Assembly (NCBI GenBank): GCA_963847445.1
Contig: CAWJZV010000027.1
Location: forward strand, 64,001-128,000
Direction of reading: 5' to 3'
Length of the DNA: 64,000 bases
From: an uncultured delta proteobacterium
Lineage (GTDB): Bacteria; Desulfobacterota; Binatia; UBA9968
Under the pieces are notes generated by a model. It saw only the letters and a program-made list of their open reading frames with translations. It ran no database searches and was not told the DNA's origin. Positions 31,603-43,836 of this stretch are shown piece after piece. How positions within the stretch are numbered: position 1 is the first letter of the stretch; every line of letters starts with the position of its first letter. Made by a program: the position numbers and the translations under genes.

Positions 31603-32398
31603 ATGTCGTTTTCCGTTGCCTCGTATAATGTTCTCGCCACGCGCGTACATTCAGCGCGCCTGGTATCGGCGCACGCCGGCGCTGGTGTTAAATCCCGCCT
31701 GGCGCGTGCCGGCGTTGGTGCAGTATATCTCCGTGCTCAACGCCGATCTCTTTTGCTTGCAGGAAGTCGAGCCGGTAACCTTCGTCGCATTGCGCAGCTA
31801 TCTCGGCGAGCGCGGCTACGGTGCGGAATACGCGCGTAAACTCGCGGGGCGTCCCGAGGGGTTGGCGGTCTTTTATCGGCGCACCTGCTTTGATTGGGGC
31901 AGTGCCAGGGTGATCCCATACGCCGACGGCGCTGGAGTAGCGGCGGACAGCGGCTACGTTGCCCAGTTAGTACTATTACGGCATGCAGAAAAGATCCTCG
32001 GCGTGATCAATACCCACCTGACTTGGGACCCGCCAACGACCGCCCGCGAGGCGCAGCGTGGCTTGCGTCAATTGCAACAATGCTTGGCGGAGTATCGAAG
32101 CCGCAACGCTGAAGCCCACGGGTGGATTATCAGCGGCGATTTCAATGTCACACCTGAAAGTGAGATCGTCGAGCTCGCGTTGCGCGCGGGAATGCAATAT
32201 CCCCACCACAATCTGGCCGATGTTTATTCCTGCAACATTGGCGGCCGCGCGCGCCTGATCGATTATCTTTTTTATTCCGCGGGATTGAGCGCCGAGGCGT
32301 CAGTGCTGAGCCGGATCGACGACCAGACGATCTTGCCGTCGGCGGAAGAACCGTCGGATCATGTGCCAGTTATGGCAAGGTTCGACTGGAACGACTGA
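31603..32398 (+). CDS. Endonuclease/exonuclease/phosphatase (CCR4/nocturnin-like), one indel near 31640
   Basis: SYNVLA, FCLQEV, NTHL, GDFN, IDYLFY, PSDH. Confidence 0.85.
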
Positions 32399-32459
32399 GC
32401 GAGCCACGGTTGCAAGCCCTGTGTGCTGAACTCGTCGACTGAAGTTGGCTCTTCTTCCG

Positions 32460-32551
32460 GTCATTCCGGCGCAGAGCTTGCCCTGTACTGGATACGGGGC
32501 CGGAATCCGGACCTACCATCCACCTGGATACCGTTATTCAGCGGTATGACG
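32460..32551. repeat. GTCATTCC..ATGAC REP-like palindrome
   Basis: gtcattccggc ... ccggaatcc ... gcggtatgac. Confidence 0.6.
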
Positions 32552-32627
32552 GAACGTAACCTCGCCGGATACGTGCCGCTAATTCCCGTCTGACGCCGCA
32601 AGACTTCAGCCTGCCCAGCCAAAAACA

Positions 32628-34041
32628 TCAAGCGAGCTGGTCGAGCTGCCAAGTGGTCCGCAGGCCATTCTGAATTTGCTTGATGATGATGAACGCTTCT
32701 TTTAGATGGCGCCGTTCCAAAACCGATAAATCTTTCAAGCGCACGCTGTGATCGACGGGCGTCTTGGCGGCCAACGCCGCGAGTTGCGCGCGCAAACGGA
32801 GCTCAAACAGGGATGGAAAGATTTCCGCCAGGGCGGTGGCGTCGCCGGCGCTCAGCACAAGACCGGACTCTCTGGCGACATCGAGCCGTGCCAACGTCGA
32901 GCGTTCACGCGAGCCCGCGGCCAAGGCGGCGACCCGGGCCAGTCCGACGATCGGCGCTATGGCGCTTTTTTTAAGATCGACTTTGCCGTTGTCGGTGCGC
33001 AAGCGATTGAAGAATCCCAAAGGCGGATAAAAATCCAGCGCGCCGCGCGCCAGATGGGACAGAAACCGTCGCTCGGATTTTGCAGCGCCGATGATTTCCT
33101 CCAATGTATCCAGCGCAAGCGTTCCTGCGACCGAGCGAAAATCGAAAAAGATCGCCGCGTCGAGCAGCGCTTGCGGCTTGGGCAGGCTGTATCCAGTCGG
33201 TAAACAGCTCTCGCCATGCCGCGAGCGGCTTGCACCAACGAGTTGCCATGAAGCCGCCGGCGCAAGGCGGGAACCCGGCTTCGATCAAAGCATCGACGAC
33301 TTGCTTGGCCAGAGCGGCGAAGTAAGCGCGCGCGGTGTCGGAGTCTTCCTGGTAAATTAACGCATTGTCCTGATCGGTGAGCAGCGTCTGTTCGAGCCGT
33401 CCCTCGGAGCCGAAGACGATCCAAGCAAATGGTGTTGGCGCGGTGCCGAGTTTTTCGACCGTAAGCGCGACCAAACGTTTGACCAGTGCGTCGTTGAGGC
33501 TGGAGACGATCTTGCTGATATGGATCGCCGCCAGGCCGCTGTCGAAGAGCGTATGCACCAAGGTGGCGATCTCTTCGGCGTAATTCACCGCGTGCGAGTT
33601 CTGCCAGTTTTCAATGACGCCGCGCAAATACAGTGGATTGCGGCCCTGATGGAGCAGCAGATCGGTGGCGCTGACTACGCCAATGATCTTTCCTTCTTCA
33701 ACCACCGGTAGATGATGGATATTTTCATCGAGCATGAGACGCAGCGCGGCGAATACCGGCGCGCCGCAATCGATGGTTACGAGCGGGCGTGACAGCACTT
33801 GGGTCACGGGAGTGTCCGGCCCAAGTCCCGGGGCGAGGACCCGACCGCGCAGATCGCGGTCGGTGACGATGCCCGGCGGCTCGCTGGCGATGAGCATGGA
33901 GCCGACGCGGGCGTTCTGCATGGCTTGCGCGGCTTGTTTGACGCTCACGCTGGCGTCAACGAACAGCGGCGCGCGCTTGATCAGATGCTTGACCGGCAGT
34001 GCCAGGTGGGAGTCGGTGATGGTTCTGTCAGAGGTCGCCAT
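32628..34041 (-). CDS. CBS-pair + DUF294 nucleotidyltransferase-like protein (one indel near 33190)
   Basis: GIVTDRDLR, IHHLPVV, GSEGRLEQTLLTDQDNAL, VDLKK..IAPIV. Confidence 0.88.
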
Positions 34042-34147
34042 GGGATGCGCGGTTGCCTGATTTTACCAGCGCTGATGAGTGATGTTTTCAGTCTAGGATG
34101 AAATGGTTTCCGATAGGTAATATAGCGCAATTGCCGGTTTGGCAGAT

Positions 34148-34426
34148 TCAATTTACCCAATAGCGGCCGGCGAAAACCAGCGCTAACCAGAGTAGACCGT
34201 AGAAAATCAGCGAATAGGAGACGATTTGGTCATTGGTCGCGTCGGGGGATGAATACTTTTTCACGGGTGTTGTCAGTGGTGTGGTGAGCACCCCGAAGAA
34301 CCAGAGCAGCTTGCTTTCCGGCTTGCGGCTCAAGCGCGCGACAATCTTGTGCAAGGCAAGATAGAAAACCGCCATGAAGCAGACGAAGCGTAGTAGAAAA
34401 ACGATTTGCGCGGTTGGTTCGATCAA
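34148..34426 (-). CDS. Small membrane protein
   Basis: 92 aa with hydrophobic segments, co-oriented in the symporter cluster. Confidence 0.6.
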   Translation of the reverse strand: MIEPTAQIVFLLRFVCFMAVFYLALHKIVARLSRKPESKLLWFFGVLTTPLTTPVKKYSSPDATNDQIVSYSLIFYGLLWLALVFAGRYWVN

Positions 34427-34488
34427 GTTACTGGCCGTCCACGGCGGCGAGATAAGAGATGATCTCGCCGCCGTGGGTAAGTCTTATT

Positions 34489-36429
34489 TTAGTGGGCGCC
34501 TGCCGGCTGCTCGCGTCCCAGCGGATCGCCGGTGGTCGCTTGGCCGCTCTTCGGGTAGCGCACACTGGCGACCAGTTCTTGGACTTCTTTGGGCGGCGCT
34601 GCGGTCATGAGCGAGACGATCCAGATGACCAGGAAGCCCACCGGTAATCCGAAGACCGCCGAGGCGATGGTCTGGGTGCCGAACCAAGATACGTCCGTAG
34701 AAGCGGCTGCCGATCATGTAATAGGCGGTGACAGCCAGACCAGCGATCATGCCCCAACAGGCGCCGGCGCGTTGGCGCGCTTCCACCAGATGCCCATGAC
34801 CAGTGCCGGGAAAAACGACGCCGCCGCGAGGCTGAACGCCCAGGCGACTAATTCGACGATGATCGCAACTCGGAAGGTCGCAACCTAGGCGGCGATTAGA
34901 GCGGTAACGACCAGCAGGATCTTCGTGATCGTTAGTCGCTTGGTCAGCGAGCCTTGCGGATCGATCACGTTGTAATACAAGTCATGTGAGAAATCGCGTT
35001 GGCGATGGTCAGCAACAAACCGTCAGCGGTGGAAAGCGCTGCCGCCAGACCGCCGGCCATGACCAGACCGGTGATGACGAACGGTAGTCCGGCGACCTCA
35101 GGCATCGATAAAACGACGAAATCGGTCGACTTGACCACGAAGTCCGCCCACTGGACGATGCCGTCGCCGTTCTTGTCGACGACTTCGAAGAGCCCGGCCG
35201 GTTGCCAGAGCGTGATCCAGCGCGGCAATTCGGCGATTTTGGTGCCGACCAATTTGACGTAGATCGTGAAACGGGCGAAGGCCGCATAGGCCGGCGCGGT
35301 AAAGTAAAGCAAGAAAGATAAAAAACAGCGACCATGCCACTGAGACGCGCGCTTGGCGAACCGACGGCGTCGTGTAGTAGCGCGTCAGAATATGCGGCAA
35401 TCCCGCGGTGCCGACCATCAAGCAAAAGGTCAGCGCGAGGAAAGTTCCACATGCCGACGCCGCTTGGCACGGTCAAGTATCGGCCAATTGTCGCGTCGTC
35501 GCTCGCTGCCGGGCGCGGTGGCCTGCTGGGTGGCGGTTTTCGCCGCCGCCTTAAGTTTGTCGGTTTCCGCGTCGGTGAGATTGCCCATCTTTGATCTTTG
35601 CATTGGCCTCGTCGGCGTCCTTCTTCCAAAGAGCGCGCGCGTTTCCTTTTCCTTCGCATCACGCGTGATCTCGATCGCCTTACTATTGTTGATTTGCAGA
35701 TAGCCGTCCGTAAATCAATTCAGGAATCGGAATCGAGAAAAGCTGATACGAAAGATACACCACGGGCACCAGATACGAAACGATCAAGATGATGTACTGA
35801 GCAACCTGTGTCCAGGTGACCGACTTCATGCCGCCGAGCACGGAGCAGAACAGCACGCCAATCAGACCGACAAAGACGCCGATTGGAAAAATCCAAGCCG
35901 ATGAAGCGCGAGACGATCAAGCCGACACCGGTCACCTGGGCGATCAAGATACGTAAAAGAGCAGGCGATGGCGGCGACGACGCCGATGATGCGCGCAAGG
36001 TTGCCACCGTAGCGGGCGCCAAGGAAGTCGGGAATCGTGTAGGCGCCGAATTGACGAAGGTAGGGACCTAGGAAGACGGCGAGCAAAAGATAGCCGCCGG
36101 TCCAACCCATCACGTATGCAAGACCGGCGAATCCTTGGGCGGAAAGCGCGCCGGCCATCGATATGAAACGAAGCGGCCGACATCCAGTCCGAGCCCGTGG
36201 CCATGCCGTTATACACCGCCGGCACGCCGCGGCCGGCGACATAGTATTGATCCGGGTTCGACGTGCGCGTGATGATGCCGATGACGATGTAGATGCCCAG
36301 CGACAGGCCCATGAATATCCAGCCGATCCATTGCGGCGACAGGCCGAGAAATTGCTCTGCGAGGCCGATCAAAATCGTGACGCCGAGAAAACAGACGGTG
36401 TACAGTCCGAAGATTTTTCCTAGACTCAT
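34489..36429 (-). CDS. Sodium:solute symporter, ActP-like (VC_2705 subfamily), many indels
   Basis: YYVAGRGVP..NGMATGSDWMSAASF, GWTGGY, GTAGLPHIL, AGGLAAALSTADGLLL. Confidence 0.85.
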
Positions 36430-36432
36430 GGC

Positions 36433-36702
36433 TCAGCCCTCCTCTCGGATGCCGTATTTGAGATCCAGCTTGTTCATCAGGTAGGCGTACACGGCGATCT
36501 CGATGACGAAGATCGCCAAAGAGCCCTGCGCGGCCATGTAGTAGCCGAGGGGAAATCCGAGAAAGGAAAATTGATTGAGGCTGGCGGCCCAAAGACCCGA
36601 GATCAGGTAAGTGACGACGAACCAAACGATCAGCAGGATGGTTGTCAGTCTTACGTTGTAACGCCAATAGGATTTCTTTTGTTCCTCCGAGAGATCAGCC
36701 AT
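36433..36702 (-). CDS. DUF4212 small subunit of solute:sodium symporter
   Basis: YWRYN, GFPLGYYMAAQGS, MNKLD; GGAGG RBS. Confidence 0.88.
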   Translation of the reverse strand: MADLSEEQKKSYWRYNVRLTTILLIVWFVVTYLISGLWAASLNQFSFLGFPLGYYMAAQGSLAIFVIEIAVYAYLMNKLDLKYGIREEG

Positions 36703-37055
36703 ACGCACCTCCTCGATGCATTTTTGAATCTGTCGCTGCGAGAGAAATCGTCGATCCTCGATGTAATTCCTTCGAGTGGAGCTCAGCGTTACTCGAAACG
36801 AGCGCTACTCGGGGCGGGTTATGTTACCGCGTCTCATGGGTGGCGCTTGTGAATCGCCACCGGACACATGAGAGCAACCGGTAACGCGGGCTTGTAACAA
36901 AGGCAGAGTTCATGTGTCAAGCGGTATTTTAGGGCGGTCAAATTTTACTTGCGCATCTCAGCCGATTTGGACTATAGACCGAGCTAGCCAGCCTGGGTGC
37001 GAGTTTGTCGGGCGAACAATTACCGCATGGTTTGCTATGCGGCGGACACTAACTG

Positions 37056-39316
37056 TTGGCGGGGACGACGCACTTGTTAAGCTTGCTTAAGGTCGCCGCC
37101 TTTGGCCTATTACTAGGGCTAATGGGAAACATCGCAAGTGTTTACGATGAGGTTCGTGAGCTTGAGGAAAATGTCGGCCTGGGGTTGCTCTTTCAATTAA
37201 GAGGCGCCACAAAAGCTCCAGACGACGCGGTCGTCGTCGCTATCGACCGCGAATCTTCTGAACGCCTCAAGCTCCCGAATAATCCTGATCGCTGGCCGCG
37301 CTCCCTGCATGCGCGCTTGATCGAAGCACTCAACCGAGCCGGCGCCCGCGTGATAGTTTTCGATCTCTATTTTGCCGAGTCCAGGTCGCCAGAGGAGGAC
37401 GTGGCGCTCGCCGAACGCGATAAAGAAGGCGGGAAATGTTGTGCTCGCCGAACAACTGAGGTCGAAAGAAGTTACTTCAGCCGTCGATGCTACAGTAGAC
37501 AACGCCGGGCATAAGATTGTCGAAGCATTAAAACCGATCGAATCGTTCTCGCAATCCGCCTTCGCCACAGCGCCGTTCGTGTTGCCGCGCATGCCGGTGC
37601 GGGTGAGCCAGTATTGGACTTTTCAAACCGATGCGGGAGATACACCGACGTTCCCGGTTCTGGCGCTGCAGCTCTATACGCTCCAAGCCTATCCAGATTT
37701 CCGAGCATTGATGGAAAAGGCGAACCCGAAACACGCAGCGCTGCTGCCGCGCGACGCAAGTTCGGCGATCGAATCGACCGGAGCGTCAAAATTCACCAGG
37801 AACTTGAGACAAGTCTTTCGCAGCGATTCTGACCTCGGCGACGCGTTGGCGCATGTCGCTGTTGGCTCCGGCAGCGATCACAGACCGGTAAGTGCGATGG
37901 TCCATCTGTACACCGGTGCGAATCGCCAATACCTAAATTTCTACGGCCCGCCCCGCTCGGTGACCACCCTGCCTTATTATCAAGCCTTGCAGCTCGGCAA
38001 CGATGGCGCCAACGGCGCGCCCATGGACCTGCGCGGAAAAGCGGTTTTCGTCGGACTATCGGAAAACCTGCTCGCCGAGAGACAAGACAGCTTCCATACG
38101 GTTTTTTCCACAACCACAGGCGTTTTTATCAGTGGCGTCGAAATCGCCGCCACGGCATTTTTGAATCTATTGACGAGCACCTCGGTCAAACCGCTCCGCC
38201 CAAGTTATCAAATCGCTACGCTTCTGCTTTGGGGCATGATCGTGGGGCTTATTTGCCGCTTGGCGCCTCCTCTCTCCGCGGCTGTAGCGGTCATTTTGTG
38301 CAGTACCGCTTATGTGTTCGCTGCCAGCTACCAGTTCCGCGCCAACGCCATATGGTTTCCGATCGTTGTGCCGTTGTTTTTCCAGGCGCCTGTCGGCTAT
38401 GTCGGCGCGCTCTTGTGGAACTTTTTCGAGATCAACAGAGAACGCAAGAGAATCACACAGGGCGCTCGGCTATTATGTGCCGGAAGAAGTTGTCACCCGG
38501 GTGGCTAGAGACATGATCGACATCCGTCGATACGGCCAAACCGTTTACGGCACATGTTTATTTGCCGATGTTGCCGGCTACACGCCGGTTTCCGAATCGA
38601 TGACGCCGCGCGACTTGAGCGAGCTGATGCACAATTATCTTGAGGCGGCATTCGAACAGATTCATAAGCAAGGCGGTCTGGTTGTCGAGCTCAAAGGCGA
38701 CTCGATCCTGGCCATTTGGAAAGGGAGCTTGGGCGAGCTGGTGTTCCGGCAAAAGGCCTGCGAAGCCGCTCTCGACATGGCCGAAGCGGTACGCCGCTTC
38801 AATCAATCCACCGACGCCGCGCTCAAACTCCCTACTCGGATTAGCCTTCATGCCGGTCCGATCTTTCTCGGCAACATCGGCGCCGGAACCCACTACGAAT
38901 ATGGCGTGACCGGCGATACGGTCACCACGGCGGCGCGATTGGACGGCTTAAATAAATACCTGGGGAGCAACATTCTGGTATCCGATGAAGTGATGCGCGA
39001 CCTCGATAAATTCCTGACTCGGCCGGTCGGAGTATTTCTCTTGAAAGGCAAGTCCCAACCGATCGTGGCTCATGAATTGATCTGCCGCGCCGGCGACTGC
39101 GCCGACTGGCAAAAAAAAGCTTGCGAGATATTTGCCGAGGCGCGGCAGGCTTTCGAGCGCCGCCTCTGGGACGAGGCCGATGAGAAATTCATGCAGTCGG
39201 ACCAATTGTTTAATGGCGATGGTGTCTCGCGGTTTTATCGTCAGCTTTGTGCCCAGTATCGCTCGAGCCCGCCACCGGAAAACTGGAACGGCACGATAGC
39301 GATGGCTGAAAAATGA
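37056..39316 (+). CDS. CHASE2-domain membrane class III nucleotide cyclase (two indels)
   Basis: VVVAID..WPRSLHARLI..VIVFDL, GVEI, three TM segments, LFADVAGYT, KGDS, TAARL, LKGK. Confidence 0.87.
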
Positions 39317-39344
39317 TCGCCGTCGTATTGATGTAAGAAATCGC

Positions 39345-42300
39345 ATGACTGAAAGCAGGCGAATCGTGAAAACGCGCAATCAGAAGTTGGTTGTATTTAG
39401 CTTTGCCGGATTAGCGGTATCGTTGCTAGTCACTGGCGGGTTGTCGGCCTCGATCACCTGCGATCGTTGGGTCGCCAGAATGGTTTCCACCCAAGGTCAC
39501 GTCGAGGTCAGCCGCGCCGGCCAGACGCAGTGGCAGCGGGCTACGCTCAACGACACCTACTGCGCCGGCGACCGCGTCCAGGTGGGCGAAAGAAGCCGCG
39601 CCGACATTGCGCTCGTCAACCGCCCGATCATTCGCTTGGAGCAGAACACGACGATTACTTTGGCGGGGCGTCCGGGAGGAAAGACGCTCGGTCATACAAT
39701 TGCTGCGCGGCGCGCTCTATTTCTTCAGCCGTCTATCGGGCCATCTGGAAGTGTCTACGCCGTTTGTCAACGCCGGCGTCGAAGGCACCGAAGGGCTTGG
39801 TCAAAGTCGAATCCGATAGCACTTTGATAACCATCTTCGAAGGCCAGGTCATCGCTTCGAACCCCGCCGGCAGTCTCATTCTCACGAGCGGCCAATCGGC
39901 GATCGCGCGCCAAGGCAGCGCGCCGGTTCTTGACCACCATCGTGCGGCCGCGCGACGCGGTGCAATGGGCGCTCTATTATCCGCCGGTCTTCGATTTTCG
40001 TCCTGAGACTTTTCAAGACCCAACCTGGCAGGCGGTCGCGGCAAACTCGATCGCGGCCTACAAGCAGGGCGATTTTGCCGCGGCCTTCGAAAGCATTAAA
40101 GGCGTGCCGGATACCATCGCAGACCCGAGCTTCTTCAGCTATCGCGCGGCGCTGTTGTTGGCAGTGGGGCGCAGCGACGAAGCGCGCCGAGATGTCGAGC
40201 GGGCGTTGAGTTTGCGTGCCAACGACAGCGCGGCGTTGGCGCTTCAGGCGATTATCGCCGTGGCGCAAAATGACAAAGACAAAGCGCTCGAGGCCGGGCA
40301 AAAAGCGGTTACGGCAAATCCAAAGTCGAGCGCGGCGCTGATCGCGTTGTCCTACGCGCAGCAGGCCCAGTTCGATCTCACCGGCGCGCGCGCCAGTTTG
40401 CAGCAGGCCGTCGCAGTCAATCCCAACGACGCGCTTGCCTGGGCGCGGCTGGCCGAGTTGCATATGTCCTTCGCCGACCTCGACGACGCCCTCGAAGCCG
40501 CGCAAAAAGCTGCGGCCATCGACCCGAATCTGTCCAGAACCCAGACGGTTTTAGGATTCGCTTATCTGACGCAGGTCAAGACTACCGAGTCGAAGAAGGC
40601 GTTCGAACGGGCAATCGAACTCGATCAAGGTGACCCGTTGCCGCGACTGGGTCTTGGCCTCGCGCTCATCCGAGAGGGCGATCTCGACGCCGGCCGCGGC
40701 GAACTCGATATCGCCGTGAGTCTGGATCCGGATAATTCACTGCTGCGCAGCTATCTCGGCAAAGCCTACTACGAAGAAAAGTTGGACAAGCAATCGGCGG
40801 ATCAGTACGAAATGGCAAAGACCTTGGATCCCAAAGATCCGACGCCCTATTTTTACGACGCCATCCGCAAACAGACCACCAACCGGCCGGTCGAAGCGTT
40901 GCAAGACATGCAGAAAGCTATCGAGCTCAACGATAACCGCGCGGTCTACCGTTCGCGCCTGCGAACTCGATTCCGATCTTCGCCGCTCGCAGCGCCAGCC
41001 AAGCGCGAATCTACAGCGATCTCGGCTTCCAGCAATTGGCATTGGTCGAAGGCTGGAAATCGGTCAACACCGATCCGACGAATTTCTCGGCGCATCGGTT
41101 TCTTGGCCGACTCCTATTCTATCCTGCCGCGCCACGAGATCGCCAGGGTCAGCGAACTGCTGCAATCGCAATTGCTGCAGCCACTCAACATGACGCCGAT
41201 TCAGCCGCATCTGGCGGAAAGCAATCTGTTTCTGATCAGCGCTGGCGGTCCAGCGGCTCTCTCGTTCAACGAGTTCAATCCGTTGTTTAACCGCAACGGG
41301 ATTAATTTTCAGACGACGGGTCTCGCCGGCGAGAATAACACCTACGCTGGTGAAGGCGTGCTCTCGGGAATCTATCAGAAAGCGGCCTTTAGTCTCGGTG
41401 GATTTCACTTTCAGACGGACGGCTGGCGCAAGAACGCGGATCAAAAAGATACCATCGCGAATGCGTTTTTACAGTTGGAACTCTCGCCGCAGACGAGCAT
41501 TCAAGGCTGAAGTTCGACGCAGAGAAACTACACGCGGTGATCTTCAACAGAGGTTCTTTCCTGAAGACTTCTTCCCTGGCCTGACAGATAAAATCGACAG
41601 CTATTCGACTATGCGCCTTGGCGGACGTCACTCCTTTTCGCCAGATTCGATTATTCTCGGATCATTTCATGTTTCAAGATCGTCAGCAGAGGTCAAAAAA
41701 CGACTCGCCTTCGCCGCTGTTGATTCGCGGCGACTGCCTCAAAGCGCTTTGGCTTCGAGCTTCAACATCTGTTTCGCTCGCGTTATTTTAATCTCACGAG
41801 CGGAGTTGGATACTTTGATATCGATGGAGAATTACGGGCGACGGTGAAGGATCACTTCTTCCTCCGCCTTTCTTCGTGTAGCTACCACTGATCTTAGGTA
41901 TCCAGCACTTTAACGCTTATACCTATGCGAACATCAGCCTGTTGAACAATGTCACGATCACTGCGGGGGCAGTTTTGATTACTTGAATGGAGTGAACCTG
42001 CGGATTTTTCGGATGGAAGATGTGCATCAGTTCAACCCGAAATTCGGAATTACTTGGAATCCATTACCAAGCGACGACTGTTCGCGCGGCTGATTTCGGG
42101 TCGTTGAAGAGGACGCTGATCACGGACCAGACCCTCGAGCCGACCCAGGTTGCTGGCTTCAATCAGTTCTTATGATGATCTAAACGGAACAAAAGCTTGG
42201 CGCTACGGCGCGGCTATCGATCAGAAATTTACGAAAGATCTGTTTGGAGGCGTGGAATTTTCCAAGCGGGATTAAAAATTCCACTTGATAGATACTACAG

Positions 42301-42766
42301 TCCAGCCCGGAGACGATCCACGATTTCGACGGCAAAGAGTATCTTGGTCGCACCTACTTATTCTGGACACCCCATCCATGGTTGGCGCTCAGAACGGAAT
42401 ATCAGTATGAGGGATTTAGAAATGACTCAGGGCTCGGGCGAACCGACGGAAGATAAATACTCATCGTGTTCCACTGGGCCTAAATTTTTTTCACCCTTCG
42501 GGATTAAGCGCTGTCGCTGGCAGCCACTACTACAATCAAGGCGGCAGGTTTGTTGGACCTTCGGGCAACTGTTGAGTCGGGTACGACGATTTCTGGACAG
42601 TCGATGCGGCGATCAATTACCGTCTGCCGAAGCGATATGGATTCATCACGATTGGAGCGACTAATCTTTTCGACAAAAAATTCAAGTATTTTGAGGTGGA
42701 TCGTGACAACCCGCGTATTCAGCCGGACCGGATGATTTTTTTCGAATTACCCTGGCATTGCCATAA
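39345..42766 (+). CDS. FecR domain + TPR repeats + TonB-dependent-receptor-like beta-barrel (3' third heavily frameshifted)
   Basis: Signal peptide; FecR motifs GDRVQVG, STPFVNAGVEGT, IFEGQV; ~8 TPRs; barrel-type fragments QTLEPTQVAGFNQF, DAAINYRLPKRYG, NLFDKKF. Confidence 0.75.
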
Positions 42767-42853
42767 GACAAAACTACGCCTACGGAAAGCGAATATGCCC
42801 AGCGGGAAGCGCGATCCGGTCACTTGACTACAAGCTGCGTGCCGATGGAAGAG

Positions 42854-43096
42854 CTAACTGCAGGGCACCTGTACTTTAAAATCACCTATTACCATAAAGC
42901 ACTTTTTAGGTGATTGTGTGATTTCCGTCTCAAATAAAGTATCGACCGCTTTAAGCCCATAGGGACAAGTCTCGAAGTCCTTTCGTTCCGAAGTGGTTAA
43001 AGGGGTGACTTCGACGTCCTTGCTAATTGCTTCTACGCCGACGATTTTTTTCTCACGAATCACCAGTTTGATTTCAACATCGCCTGGTAGTCCCAT
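42854..43096 (-). CDS. Small protein A, 80 aa, with C-terminal CFMVIGDFKVQVPCS
   Basis: AAGGAGG RBS before ATG 43096; paralog immediately upstream. Confidence 0.75.
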   Translation of the reverse strand: MGLPGDVEIKLVIREKKIVGVEAISKDVEVTPLTTSERKDFETCPYGLKAVDTLFETEITQSPKKCFMVIGDFKVQVPCS

Positions 43097-43230
43097 AAAA
43101 AATTCCTCCTTTATTATTGAGTTACGCTGACATAACCACCAGAAGCAACCGCCTGCAAAAATCAGATAGATTCGACCGACCTCGGCACCCGGTCCCAAGG
43201 CGGATCGGCGTTGAGCGACTACGGACAGCG

Positions 43231-43504
43231 CTAACCACAAGGTACCTGTACTTTAAAACCACCGATGATCATATAGCACTTCGTGGCCGTACCAAGTGTT
43301 GCGTCAGGATCTGGTGTCTCATATATCGTCTCGAGTCGGTCTGAGACCATGTAAGCTACGTCTAAATTTTTTTTTCTCGCTGGATTCCAACTCGCTGACC
43401 TGTACATCTGCAGAATTATCTTGGTGTCTCTCCACATTGGAAATATATCCGTCTTTAAATGTGACTATGAGTTTAACGACTTGCGCTACTGCTGGGTCGA
43501 CCAT
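43231..43504 (-). CDS. Small protein B, ~90 aa, with C-terminal CYMIIGGFKVQVPCG (one indel near 43335)
   Basis: AAGGAGG RBS before ATG 43504; ORFs 43319-43504 and 43231-43437 join to match protein A. Confidence 0.7.
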
Positions 43505-43836
43505 TGTAAATTCCTCCTTTTTGTTACATGAACGAAATTAACGACAATCGCCTAATGATTGATCAGAACCGACAACGGAAGCATAGCCAACAAAAACCTA
43601 CGAATCCTTGACATGGCCGCGACCGGGCCTGGCTTCGATAGACCGCATCGCTGTGACTTTGAAATTCACGGCCAACTCATACTTCCGCGGACTCTAGTCA
43701 CTAGCAGTCTTTTAAGTCAAGGCCAATTTTCGTGCGTATGCTTTGCGGCGGTTGACGGTCAATCCTTACCTGGCGTAGGTTAAGGCTCGGCCAGTCGCCG
43801 CAAATTTTGCAGAGCAAAAGGAGCACGAAGCCAGCC

